A DNA stretch of 64,000 bases from Spirochaetia bacterium. GTDB lineage: Bacteria > Spirochaetota > Spirochaetia > UBA9216. Made by a program: the position numbers and the translations under genes. This document shows positions 8,267-17,596 of the stretch, piece by piece. Position 1 is the stretch's first letter. Every line of letters starts with the position of its first letter. The notes under the pieces are model-generated. The model was given only the letters and a program-made list of their open reading frames with translations. It had not been told where the DNA came from and ran no database searches. The stretch covers positions 1,120,001 through 1,184,000 of the forward strand of contig CAXXYH010000003.1 of assembly GCA_963677925.2 (NCBI GenBank), in the 5' to 3' direction.

Positions 8267-9340
8267 TTACTGTTCCAGAATATGAATTGAATTAGGATCC
8301 ATCGAGAATGAAAGATTCTCACCTACACCGATAGTCACCTTCCGCATTGGATTATTCTCTGATATTTCATATGTCTGTCCAAACAGCTCAACCTCATATT
8401 CATGATGCGATCCCATAAATACACTCTTCGTAACGGGAGCGCTGAAATCCTTGCCGCCGATTATAAAGGATTCCGGACGAATCATGAACTTTACAGTCTC
8501 GCCTACCGCATGACCGGTGGTTTTTTCGGTTTCATAGACTACACCGTGGATATCAAGCGATACCTTATCGGCCTTTTCAGAGATGATCTTTCCTTCCAGT
8601 ATATTTGCACGTCCGATAAACTGTGCGACAAAATCATTAACCGGTTTCTGGTATATTTCATGCGGGGAGCCGACCTGCTGAATGGCTCCGTCTTTCATTA
8701 TTACAATCTTGTCTGAAAGCCCCATAGCCTCTTCCTGGTCATGGGTGACATATATGGAAGAAATTCCAACCTGCTTCTGAATTTTACGTATTTCATCACG
8801 CATATGAAGCCTTAGTTTTGCATCAAGGTTGGAGAGCGGCTCATCGAAAAGAAGAACCCCCGACTCCATTATCAGGGCTCTTGCCAGAGACACCCTCTGC
8901 TGCTGACCTCCTGACATCTCCGATGGAACCCTGTCCGCAAAATCCTCCATCTTCATCAGGCCGAGTATTTTAGCCACTCTCTGCTTAATCTCGGATTTTG
9001 GAAGCTTCTGTAGTTTCAGCCCGTACGCAATGTTATCGTAGACATTCATATGCGGGAAAAGAGCGTAATTCTGAAACACCATGGCGGTGTCACGCTTATC
9101 CGGGGTCAGGTTGGCTACATTCTTATCACCGATGTATATTTCCCCGGATGTCGGGATCTCAAATCCCGCAAGCATTCTGAGGGTTGTAGTTTTACCGCAG
9201 CCTGAAGGCCCCAGCAGACAGACAAACTCGCCGGGTTCGATAATCAGATTAACATTATCTACAGCTTTTACCTGTTCATTCTTATTTGTAATGAAGGTCT
9301 TGGTAAGATTCTTCAGTTCAACTTTAATCTTGTTATTCAT
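8267..9340 (-). CDS. afuC: ABC transporter ATP-binding protein (AfuC/FbpC type)
   Basis: Walker A GPSGCGKTT, signature SGGQQQ, LLFDEP, VTHDQ, TOBE-like tail. In an operon with the permease and SBP. Confidence 0.88.
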   Translation of the reverse strand: MNNKIKVELKNLTKTFITNKNEQVKAVDNVNLIIEPGEFVCLLGPSGCGKTTTLRMLAGFEIPTSGEIYIGDKNVANLTPDKRDTAMVFQNYALFPHMNVYDNIAYGLKLQKLPKSEIKQRVAKILGLMKMEDFADRVPSEMSGGQQQRVSLARALIMESGVLLFDEPLSNLDAKLRLHMRDEIRKIQKQVGISSIYVTHDQEEAMGLSDKIVIMKDGAIQQVGSPHEIYQKPVNDFVAQFIGRANILEGKIISEKADKVSLDIHGVVYETEKTTGHAVGETVKFMIRPESFIIGGKDFSAPVTKSVFMGSHHEYEVELFGQTYEISENNPMRKVTIGVGENLSFSMDPNSIHILEQ

Positions 9341-9358
9341 TATGCACTAACTCCATAT

Positions 9359-11059
9359 TTATTCGGTACTGATATTTTTCACAAAGATCTTTATTACAAG
9401 CATTGCCGCACTGACTATCACGATCAGCAGTGTACAGTATGCTGATGCTACTCCCATTTTACCGACATCAATCTGAGCCATAATGGTTGTAGTCAGTAAC
9501 TTGTATCTGGCTGAAATCAGAAAGATAACAGTACTAACCAGGGTCATACTTCTGGCGAATGTAAAGATAAGGCCGTTGAGGAAGGCGTTTTTAATCATCG
9601 GGATTGTAATGCTTGTAAAAACCTTCCTGCTGGAAGCGCCGAGGACATTGGCGGCTTCCTCGATTGACGGGTCGATCTGCTGCAGGGAAGTGATTCCTGA
9701 ACGGACACCGACCGGGAGACTTCTTATAATAAATGCCATGATAATTATAAAGGCCGTGCCCGTAATAGGAGGTATCAGCGTCATACCGAATATGCTGTAT
9801 GTTTTATTGTAGCTGATAACATATCCCAGACCGATAATTGTTCCGGGAATTGCAAGGGCCATTATGGTGGTAAACTCTATAAACGATTTTCCGAAGAATT
9901 TCTTCCTGACAATCAGGAAGGCAATAATCATTGCAAGGATACCCGATACCGGAGTGGCTATAGCCGACAGCATAGTTGTGGTAAGAACAGGCTGAAAGAG
10001 TTTAGGCTTAAAAACATACCTGTAATGTTCGAGCGTCGGCGTGTAGTTAACACCCCATAGTTTTACAAAGGAACCTATCGGGATGAGTACATACATGAGG
10101 ATTACAAAAAGAGTTACTATCAGCAGAATAATTGTCGCAGGTACGGTTACGTTCCGGCTTGTCACAAGGTCGCGGTGTCTTGAAACCTTGCCGGTAACCG
10201 TAACATATGACTTCTTGCTTACATAGTATTTCTGAAGGACAAATATGGATATCGAAATTGACAGCAGAACCATTGCAAGCGCAGTTGCCGTCCCGAACTG
10301 ATAATTACCGATTCCCTCCTGATAAATCTTCACTGCCACAGTCGTAAAGTTTCCGCCGATAACTACCGGATTTGCAAAATCGGCAATCGACTGTATAAAA
10401 ACAAGCAGAAAGGCGTTTGCAAGTCCCGGGACAGTTAGAGGTAGAGTAACCGATGTGAAAACCCTGAAACGTGATGCTCCCAGATCCCTGGAAGCCTCCT
10501 CGACAGAGGGGTCAATCCGCTGAAGAAGAGCTACCAGCATCATGTACGCAATCGGGAAGAAGCTTAGCGACTGTACAAGCACCAGGCCGTGAAAGCCGTA
10601 TATTTCAGCATCCTTGATTCCGAACAGCCCGCGGGTTATAAGACCGACACGTCCGAACAGAAGAATGGCGGAGAGAGCTACGACGAAGGGCGGAGAAATA
10701 ATAGGCAGAATGGCTATAAAATCGAAAATCTTTTTAAACCTTATTTTCAGGTAGGTTGTGGCATACGCAAAAATAAAGCCTACAATCACTGAAATTGTAG
10801 ATGTGACAGCACCCAGAAGAACTGTATTCAAAAGGATACGGACGTTTCCGTACATTGAAAATACAGCCTTGTAATTTTCAAAAATATTAGCTGTCTTTGT
10901 TGTAAGACTTTCGACAATGATATTGTACAGAGGTATTATTATAAAAAAGGTTACCAGTGCAAGGGTAAATATAATAACAGCAAGCAGAGCCGGATCATTT
11001 TTCAGACTTGCAAGGATCTTGAGTTCACTCTGAAGTTTCAGTTTTCTGGAGTTTTTCAT
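9359..11059 (-). CDS. afuB: ABC transporter permease, duplicated TM domain (AfuB/FbpB type)
   Basis: Two EAA loops (IDPSVEEASRDLGAS, IDPSIEEAANVLGAS) and motif PIISPPFV. Confidence 0.88.
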   Translation of the reverse strand: MKNSRKLKLQSELKILASLKNDPALLAVIIFTLALVTFFIIIPLYNIIVESLTTKTANIFENYKAVFSMYGNVRILLNTVLLGAVTSTISVIVGFIFAYATTYLKIRFKKIFDFIAILPIISPPFVVALSAILLFGRVGLITRGLFGIKDAEIYGFHGLVLVQSLSFFPIAYMMLVALLQRIDPSVEEASRDLGASRFRVFTSVTLPLTVPGLANAFLLVFIQSIADFANPVVIGGNFTTVAVKIYQEGIGNYQFGTATALAMVLLSISISIFVLQKYYVSKKSYVTVTGKVSRHRDLVTSRNVTVPATIILLIVTLFVILMYVLIPIGSFVKLWGVNYTPTLEHYRYVFKPKLFQPVLTTTMLSAIATPVSGILAMIIAFLIVRKKFFGKSFIEFTTIMALAIPGTIIGLGYVISYNKTYSIFGMTLIPPITGTAFIIIMAFIIRSLPVGVRSGITSLQQIDPSIEEAANVLGASSRKVFTSITIPMIKNAFLNGLIFTFARSMTLVSTVIFLISARYKLLTTTIMAQIDVGKMGVASAYCTLLIVIVSAAMLVIKIFVKNISTE

Positions 11060-11087
11060 TATTGCTCCTGATATATTCTATGGAAAG

Positions 11088-11113
11088 CCGGAAGCCCCGA
11101 TTGGAGCCTCCGG
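11088..11113 (-). terminator. Stem-loop between SBP and permease genes (internal terminator or mRNA stabiliser)
   Basis: ccggaggctcc-aatc-ggggcttccgg followed by a short U-run. Confidence 0.55.
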
Positions 11114-11134
11114 TAAATCTTTTTATTGAAAATC

Positions 11135-12178
11135 CTACTCGGTAGGTGCTGTTGTGCTTGTTTCAAGACTGAAACGCTCAACAAGACGTTTTTTGTTTTC
11201 ACCTGCCCACTGAAAGTTATAGTCAATAAGCTTGGTATCCTTGATAGGCATGGCTTCTTCAGGCGGCATAGCGGCCTTGTTTGTGAGGAACTGGAAAGAT
11301 CCTACAGTCTTGCCCATTTCCTGAACATCCTTTGTAAGAACCCAGTCTATGAACATCTTTGCATTTTCCTGATCAGGTCCGTTCTTAAGAAGTGCAACTC
11401 CTCCAATCTCATAACCTGTGCCCTCAAGGGGAGCAGAAATGATGATGTCCTTGTATCCTTCTTTTTTATACTTGATAGCATCATGAAGGAAGGTAATTCC
11501 GACTGTTGTTTCACCAAGACCGGCCATTCTGCCCGGAGCAGTTCCTGATTTGGTGTACTGTCTTACATTCTGATTGAATTTTTTGAAGTATTCCATTGCC
11601 TGATCTTCACCCATCATCTGAACGAGTGTAGCAAGCATAGTATAAGCTGTTCCTGATGAACCCGGATGTGCAACTACAATTTCCTGATTGTATTCAGGCT
11701 TAAGCATATCCGCCCATGAAGTAGGCATTTTAAGACCTTTCTCGGCAAGCATGGCCTGGTTTCCAACGAATCCGAGGTAGCCGATATATATACCTGTCCA
11801 TACACCGTTGGGATCCTTAAAACCGTCACGGATGTTTACAGCTTCAGGAGAAATATAGTGTTCAATTATACCTTCCTGATCTGCAGCAACAATACCGTCA
11901 ACCGGACCGCCGTACCATACAGATGCTGTCATATTGTCTTTTTCAGCCTTAAGTCTGGCAAGTATTTCACCGCTGCTCATTCGGACAAATTCGGTCTCGA
12001 CACCAAATTCAGCTTCGAATTCCTCAGCAATCATAGCGGCATGGTCTTCCTGAAGACCAGCATAGAAAACAAGTTTTCCTTTATCCTCTGAAGCTGCTTC
12101 CTGTGAACCGCCTGCAAATACGGCAGCAGAAGCCATAATAAACAGCACAAGGGTAAGAGCTGTCATTTTTTTTAACAT
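11135..12178 (-). CDS. afuA: ABC substrate-binding protein, AfuA-like (probably sugar-phosphate rather than iron)
   Basis: AfuA-type motifs RMSSGE, WYGG, HPGSSGTAYT, YTKSG, GETTVGITFLHD, EGTGYEIGG. RBS AAGGAGG. Confidence 0.8.
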   Translation of the reverse strand: MLKKMTALTLVLFIMASAAVFAGGSQEAASEDKGKLVFYAGLQEDHAAMIAEEFEAEFGVETEFVRMSSGEILARLKAEKDNMTASVWYGGPVDGIVAADQEGIIEHYISPEAVNIRDGFKDPNGVWTGIYIGYLGFVGNQAMLAEKGLKMPTSWADMLKPEYNQEIVVAHPGSSGTAYTMLATLVQMMGEDQAMEYFKKFNQNVRQYTKSGTAPGRMAGLGETTVGITFLHDAIKYKKEGYKDIIISAPLEGTGYEIGGVALLKNGPDQENAKMFIDWVLTKDVQEMGKTVGSFQFLTNKAAMPPEEAMPIKDTKLIDYNFQWAGENKKRLVERFSLETSTTAPTE

Positions 12179-12250
12179 TTCATATCCTCCTTAATGATAT
12201 TATAAATACTATAAATCAGGAGTATCGAATTGGAAACTGCGTGAATGCAA

Positions 12251-12290
12251 TTGTAACCATACTGTTACGGCATTGTAACCCTATTGTAAC
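12251..12290. promoter_or_regulatory. Four direct repeats with 11-bp period, putative OmpR/PhoB-type regulator sites
   Basis: ttgtaac (12251), ctgttac (12262), ttgtaac (12273), ttgtaac (12284) in the divergent afuA/HK intergenic region. Confidence 0.7.
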
Positions 12291-12374
12291 TTGCAAAAAA
12301 TCCGTATCCGTGTTTAAACAGTATCAATAAAAAAAATATAGACATAGAAACAATTAACTGTACAATAATAGATA

Positions 12375-13622
12375 ATGTTCAGCCGGTTCAATCAGCAGGA
12401 TAAGCTGCGTACAACTGTAAATATCAGCCGCATTGCAAGACTTCCGCTCCAGACTTCAGCTGCGGCACTTTATTTTTATGCGGTACTCAGCGGACAGCGC
12501 ATAATTTTTGCAGTCCTTGTAATATGCAGCGCCGCCTACTTTACCTTCTATCTATTCTGCAGCCTGACCAGACAGTATCATCTGCTTAACAGTCATGCGA
12601 CATCTATTCCGGACATGCTTATTACCGGAGCCTTACTGCTGTTCATCTCACCCTTTTTAATGCTGCCCTTTGTATATATCCTCACTGCCGAACTGGTTCT
12701 TGAGAAACAGCACCGGAATGTCATTATAATTTTTACAGTGTTTACATCAGCTGCTATGATTTTTCAGCTGATTTCCGGAGACCGGTTTTTGTTTCTCGCC
12801 TTTCTGCTGCCTGCAGTCTGCGCGCAGATCGGCGTCGCTGTAATTCTCTTTATCCAGAACAGCACAAATAAGACTAAATATGAATACATGAAGAAGCTTG
12901 TAGACAATAAAAACAAGTTGCTTTCAACGCTCACCCATGAACTCAGAACTCCCCTCTCTGTGATAAAAACCTCAAATGAACTGATAATGGAGGAGAGACC
13001 GGGCCCCATTAACGAAACACAGAAAGCGCTGATTCATTCATCCATCGAAAACACAAAAAGACTTAACGCTCTGGTGGAAAACATCCTCTCACAGGTAAAG
13101 GTAGAGTTTGCCTGGTTTTCGATGAAGCATCAGCCTATTGATATCAGAAATATAATCCGGAAAACAGTTCTGGATATTAAACCCTATCTCGATACCAGAG
13201 GACAGAAACTGAAATATAATTATCCCTCACTGATGTCAAAGACAATCGGAGACAGAAGATGGCTTGAACAGGTGCTGCTTAATCTTATCCATAACGGAAG
13301 CAAAAACAGTCCCGAGGGTTCCGAACTGCTGATTTCCGTTCAGGAAAACGAACAGTGCATTGTAGTTTCTGTTCACGACAGGGGGTCAGGCATAGAAAAC
13401 AGGGAGATACCGCATGTGTTCAATGAGTTCTACCAGTCAACTGATCCCTCAAAAAACCTGAACGACGGTGCAGGACTCGGTCTTACAATAGTAAAAGATA
13501 TAATAGAACGCCATAAGGGCGAGGTATACATAAGTTCCATGCCGAATGCCGGAACAACTGTCTCATTCACCCTCCCCCTCTATAAAGGAGTATTCTCTGG
13601 AACAGTCAATCCTGATAATTGA
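12375..13622 (+). CDS. Membrane sensor histidine kinase
   Basis: N-terminal TM helices, H-box THELRTPL, N-box NLIHNG, DRGSG, GAGLGL. Confidence 0.92.
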   Translation: MFSRFNQQDKLRTTVNISRIARLPLQTSAAALYFYAVLSGQRIIFAVLVICSAAYFTFYLFCSLTRQYHLLNSHATSIPDMLITGALLLFISPFLMLPFVYILTAELVLEKQHRNVIIIFTVFTSAAMIFQLISGDRFLFLAFLLPAVCAQIGVAVILFIQNSTNKTKYEYMKKLVDNKNKLLSTLTHELRTPLSVIKTSNELIMEERPGPINETQKALIHSSIENTKRLNALVENILSQVKVEFAWFSMKHQPIDIRNIIRKTVLDIKPYLDTRGQKLKYNYPSLMSKTIGDRRWLEQVLLNLIHNGSKNSPEGSELLISVQENEQCIVVSVHDRGSGIENREIPHVFNEFYQSTDPSKNLNDGAGLGLTIVKDIIERHKGEVYISSMPNAGTTVSFTLPLYKGVFSGTVNPDN

Positions 13623-14283
13623 AGACGACCCGCACCTTGTAACAATTCTGGACTTTCTGATGAAGGATGAGGGGTACAGCACCCTTACTGCCGGAAGCGG
13701 AGAAGAGGGCCTTAAAATAATCCGGGAGAATATTGTTGATCTTGTGATACTTGATATCAACCTGCCGGGAATAAACGGCCTGGAAGTCTGTGACAGAATC
13801 AAGGAAATGACTCAGATTCCGGTAGTCTTTCTAAGTGCAAGGGATCAGGACAGTGATGTGGTTTCCGGGCTTGAAACCGGAGGAGATGACTATATCAGAA
13901 AGCCCTTCAATCACCGGGAGCTGATACTAAGGGTGAAAAAACTGCTGAAAAGAGCCCGGCCGCAGAATGATCAAAGTATTATTGAAACCGGACTTCTGAC
14001 GATTAAGACAGACAGAGAGCAGGTATTCTTTGATTCAAAAGAAATAAAACTGACACCTATGGAATACCGGCTTCTTGAAGTGCTGGGAAAGAAGCTGGAC
14101 TGGGTAATATCCTGGCAGGTTCTGCTTAAGGAAGCCTGGGGATATGAAGACTGGGACGGCGGTCGTGAAATAATCAAGGTCAATATACGCAGACTGAGAA
14201 TTAAAATCGAGCCGGATCCGGCTCAGCCCGTATACCTGCTTACTGAACGCGGCCGCGGATATAAACTTGCGAGGCTTAAATGA
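13546..14283 (+). CDS. OmpR-family response regulator
   Basis: ILIIEDD, DLVILDINLPG, GGDDYIRKPF, winged-helix end RGRGYKL. True start may be CTG at 13597. Confidence 0.92.
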   Translation: MPEQLSHSPSPSIKEYSLEQSILIIEDDPHLVTILDFLMKDEGYSTLTAGSGEEGLKIIRENIVDLVILDINLPGINGLEVCDRIKEMTQIPVVFLSARDQDSDVVSGLETGGDDYIRKPFNHRELILRVKKLLKRARPQNDQSIIETGLLTIKTDREQVFFDSKEIKLTPMEYRLLEVLGKKLDWVISWQVLLKEAWGYEDWDGGREIIKVNIRRLRIKIEPDPAQPVYLLTERGRGYKLARLK

Positions 14284-15365
14284 AAGACTATCTTCAGCTT
14301 AGCGGCATCACAAAGGTCTTTAATCCCGGCAAACAAAACGAGGTGACAGCCCTTGAAGATATCGACCTGAGAGTCAGAGAGGGAGAGTTTGTAACTATAC
14401 TCGGACCTTCAGGCTGCGGAAAAACTACAGCCCTCCGAATAATTGCCGGTTTCGAAATACCCACAGCTGGGGAGGTCTTCATTGACGGCGATAATGTGGC
14501 AAAACTGACCCCGGACCGAAGGGACACATCGATGGTTTTTCAGAACTATGCGCTTTTTCCGCACCTTACAGTATTTGAAAATATTGCATACGGCCTGAAG
14601 ATCAGAAACCTTTCCAGAGATGTAATCCGCAACGATGTTGCAATGGCCTGCCAGGTGGTTAATATGGTGGGGATGGAAAAACGCTTTCCAGGAGATCTCT
14701 CCGGAGGTCAGCAGCAGCGAGTAGCCCTTGCAAGGGCCCTTGTGATGAAACCTAAGATGATTCTTTTTGATGAACCATTATCCAACCTTGATCTGAAACT
14801 GAGGCTGCAGACCCGGACCGAAATAAAACGTATTCAGCAGCTGCTGGGTATGACAATCCTGTATGTAACCCATGACCAGTCCGAAGCCCTAAGCATGTCG
14901 GATCATGTAATAATCATGAACCATGGACGCATAATCCAGACAGGGACGCCGGAGGAAATCTACAACAACCCTGCTAATTCCTTTGTAGCTGATTTTATCG
15001 GAAACGCGAATTTCATTTCCGCAGTAGTTGAAGAGACAGAGGGCAGACGGGTGACCGTCCGACTTGGGAAGAGACTCATCATCATAGAACAGGAAACCCC
15101 GGCGGAATCATTCTCGGAAGGTGAAGAAATATATCTGGCAATTAAGCCTGAGGCCGTTCACTTTTCGGATTCGAAAACAGATTTCTCAGGAACCGTTGAA
15201 GTAAAATCATTTATCGGGCCGTACACCGAGTACAAGATCGAATTTGAGGGTTCATTTATAAACGTCTACCTGCCTAATCAGGGTGCAGACATGAAGATCT
15301 ACCGTCCCGGCGACAGGGTATACATGGTTTTCGACAACAGCAGATTCCATATTTACAAGAAATAA
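14280..15365 (+). CDS. Second AfuC/FbpC-type ABC ATPase
   Basis: GPSGCGKTT, LSGGQQQ, ILFDEP, VTHDQ. Close paralogue of 8267-9340. Overlaps the regulator stop (ATGA). Confidence 0.9.
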   Translation: MKDYLQLSGITKVFNPGKQNEVTALEDIDLRVREGEFVTILGPSGCGKTTALRIIAGFEIPTAGEVFIDGDNVAKLTPDRRDTSMVFQNYALFPHLTVFENIAYGLKIRNLSRDVIRNDVAMACQVVNMVGMEKRFPGDLSGGQQQRVALARALVMKPKMILFDEPLSNLDLKLRLQTRTEIKRIQQLLGMTILYVTHDQSEALSMSDHVIIMNHGRIIQTGTPEEIYNNPANSFVADFIGNANFISAVVEETEGRRVTVRLGKRLIIIEQETPAESFSEGEEIYLAIKPEAVHFSDSKTDFSGTVEVKSFIGPYTEYKIEFEGSFINVYLPNQGADMKIYRPGDRVYMVFDNSRFHIYKK

Positions 15366-15376
15366 AGTCCCCCCCC

Positions 15377-15405
15377 TTGCATCAAACAGATTCAGAAGTT
15401 ACAAT
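15377..15405 (+). promoter_or_regulatory. Putative sigma70 promoter
   Basis: TTGCAT-N17-TACAAT upstream of 15433. Confidence 0.45.
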
Positions 15406-15432
15406 TCCATTTTAACATTTCATGCAGTAGAC

Positions 15433-16917
15433 ATGATGCAGTTTCAAAGTTCAGTAAGATCTCACAGCAGACACCATCTTGAACTGAAAACGGATTATCC
15501 GCTCGACAGGACTTCCGGAATAACAAGATACAGAACAGATTTATACTTTTTCTTTCCCAATCAGCTTAACATGAATGAAAAGGTTTTCGGTATCCGGCGT
15601 GTTTTAAGAAATATCAAAATGTATACCCGCTTCTCTACACCGAAGATGTCTCTCAGGATGCTCTCTGATCATAACAATGAATTAAGCCCGATACACAGAA
15701 TAAGAGCTCTGCTTGAAACTCCGGAAACTGAAATTCCCAGGCAGAGAGACCCTCTGGTTTATGAACTTCAGGTCCTTTCCAATATCTACCGTGCAGAACT
15801 GGAGAACACGGTAGAGCTAATCTCTCTGGAGATCCTGAAGCAGAACAGGGAAAGTCCATGCAGGAAAAAGATTGAAGATTTCATTTCCGAAATAAAAGAA
15901 TTCCTTTCTGAATTCAGAAAACTTCACACGCTGTTTCTCTCTCCCCGGCTCAGTGAAATGCAGAGAACAGCCCTTGCCTGGTGTGACGAATCAATCAGCA
16001 TAATTTCAGAGCGTTCTATGAACAAATTATTTTCATCAGCTGAACTGATAGAAAAATCCGATAAGATTCTTCCTTCAATGGAGAAGCTTGCCAAGAACGA
16101 GACAGCATACCGGAGATCGATGGACTACAAATATCTTTACGACGAATCTAATCCCAACATGGGTGAACTTCTGGCATACCGGGAAAGCATGCTTAAAAAA
16201 TGGGCTCAGTCCGCTATGTATATGACCAGGGAGGAGAATCCAAACCAGAGACGCGTCGGTCATATTCTTGCGGGAACGGCCGCCGGAGTGGCAATGCTGT
16301 TTGCAGTAATAGCCACCATTTTTGCCGGTAAGATTTTCATTCCGAACACAATTCCATGGGTCCTGGTTATAATTCTTTCGTATATCTTCAAAGACAGAAT
16401 CAAGGAAGTGCTCCGTGAAGGACTACGAAAGCTTTTCCCTGTTTTCACCTCGGATCAGCATTCATTCCTCTACGATAAATATGATGATACAAGAGTCGGC
16501 TCTGCAAGCTCACTCGCCGAGTTTACAAAGGCCGGCAGGGTTCCGGAGGATATCCAGCGGGAAAGAAATACCGACCCCAATCCATTTCAGTCAATCCTGC
16601 CGGAACAGGATGTTCTTCATTACAGGCGTATAATTGATTTGAATTCAAAAAAGCTGGAAAAAAATCATACAAGGCTGACAGGCATAACCGAGATTTTACG
16701 ATTTCAGATTGCAGACTGGCTGCGGGAAATGGATGATCCCAAGGATATTTTCTACAGGCTGGATGGTCTTAAGAAAATAAAGATAAAAGGAGACAGGGTA
16801 TACAAGATTCATCTTGTCATGAGTCTTAATACAGACCTGTATCATTACAGTATTATTATGAACAGGGCCGGGATTCTGCGAATTGAAGAGCTTTCAGTTC
16901 CGTCACGTTATTTATAG
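15433..16917 (+). CDS. Hypothetical protein, large helical domain plus two TM helices
   Basis: 494-aa ORF with a hydrophobic hairpin around residues 277-320. No family recognised. Confidence 0.75.
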   Translation: MMQFQSSVRSHSRHHLELKTDYPLDRTSGITRYRTDLYFFFPNQLNMNEKVFGIRRVLRNIKMYTRFSTPKMSLRMLSDHNNELSPIHRIRALLETPETEIPRQRDPLVYELQVLSNIYRAELENTVELISLEILKQNRESPCRKKIEDFISEIKEFLSEFRKLHTLFLSPRLSEMQRTALAWCDESISIISERSMNKLFSSAELIEKSDKILPSMEKLAKNETAYRRSMDYKYLYDESNPNMGELLAYRESMLKKWAQSAMYMTREENPNQRRVGHILAGTAAGVAMLFAVIATIFAGKIFIPNTIPWVLVIILSYIFKDRIKEVLREGLRKLFPVFTSDQHSFLYDKYDDTRVGSASSLAEFTKAGRVPEDIQRERNTDPNPFQSILPEQDVLHYRRIIDLNSKKLEKNHTRLTGITEILRFQIADWLREMDDPKDIFYRLDGLKKIKIKGDRVYKIHLVMSLNTDLYHYSIIMNRAGILRIEELSVPSRYL

Positions 16918-16918
16918 C

Positions 16919-17593
16919 TCAGTTCTCAAAACGCAGGCTAACCTGTGCATTAGACTTATGTACCTTGCCTACAAGGTCATGCCCCAGGCTCTGCTGAATT
17001 TTAATCCAGAAGGCGTTATTGCTGACTTTCAGCTTTGAAAGATCACGGCTGGTCCAGAACTTAAGCCGCATCGGCATGTCTGATATTACATCGGCAGAGG
17101 TCGGTTTTCCCGACAGGAAACTCATTTCACCGATAAAATCACCGCGCCCGAGGATGGCTACTGTATTTATTCCGCTTTGCACGTAGGCCTTTCCATCGGT
17201 AACAATAAACACAGCCTCAGCCTTTACATCCTTTCTAAGTATATACCCGCTTTCAATATTTTTATCCTGCCCCATTTTCCAGAATCTCAGAAACTCACGA
17301 TGCGTCATATGGAGAAAATTGGAGTTGTAAATATCCTCAAGATCAGCAGGGATTTTCACATCCCGCCTTTCCAGAAGCAGAAGAATTATGCGGTAAAGGT
17401 TTATTACCAGAAAAACACAGTTCCAGAATACAACAATAGGGTTTCCCTGTTTGGTTCCCGTATAGATAAGCAGAATCTGCGCAGAGATCATAAGTATTCG
17501 CAGAATCAGGATATTTCGCACCGCCAGCCCGATGAGAGTACAGAGGTAGGCAATATTCATAATAATCAATGTAGCAGACAGACTGAAATCCAT
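16919..17593 (-). CDS. Membrane cyclic-nucleotide-binding protein, Popeye-domain-like
   Basis: 3 N-terminal TM (NIAY...ILILRIL...FWN.VF..IN), linker IPADLEDIY, cNMP fold GDFIGEMSFLSGKPTSADV. Confidence 0.78.
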   Translation of the reverse strand: MDFSLSATLIIMNIAYLCTLIGLAVRNILILRILMISAQILLIYTGTKQGNPIVVFWNCVFLVINLYRIILLLLERRDVKIPADLEDIYNSNFLHMTHREFLRFWKMGQDKNIESGYILRKDVKAEAVFIVTDGKAYVQSGINTVAILGRGDFIGEMSFLSGKPTSADVISDMPMRLKFWTSRDLSKLKVSNNAFWIKIQQSLGHDLVGKVHKSNAQVSLRFEN

Positions 17594-17596
17594 ACT

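Noticed and set aside
15369-15376. C8 homopolymer as a phase-variation tract
   Set aside because: Short and upstream of the -35 element, so length changes would not alter promoter spacing or a reading frame.
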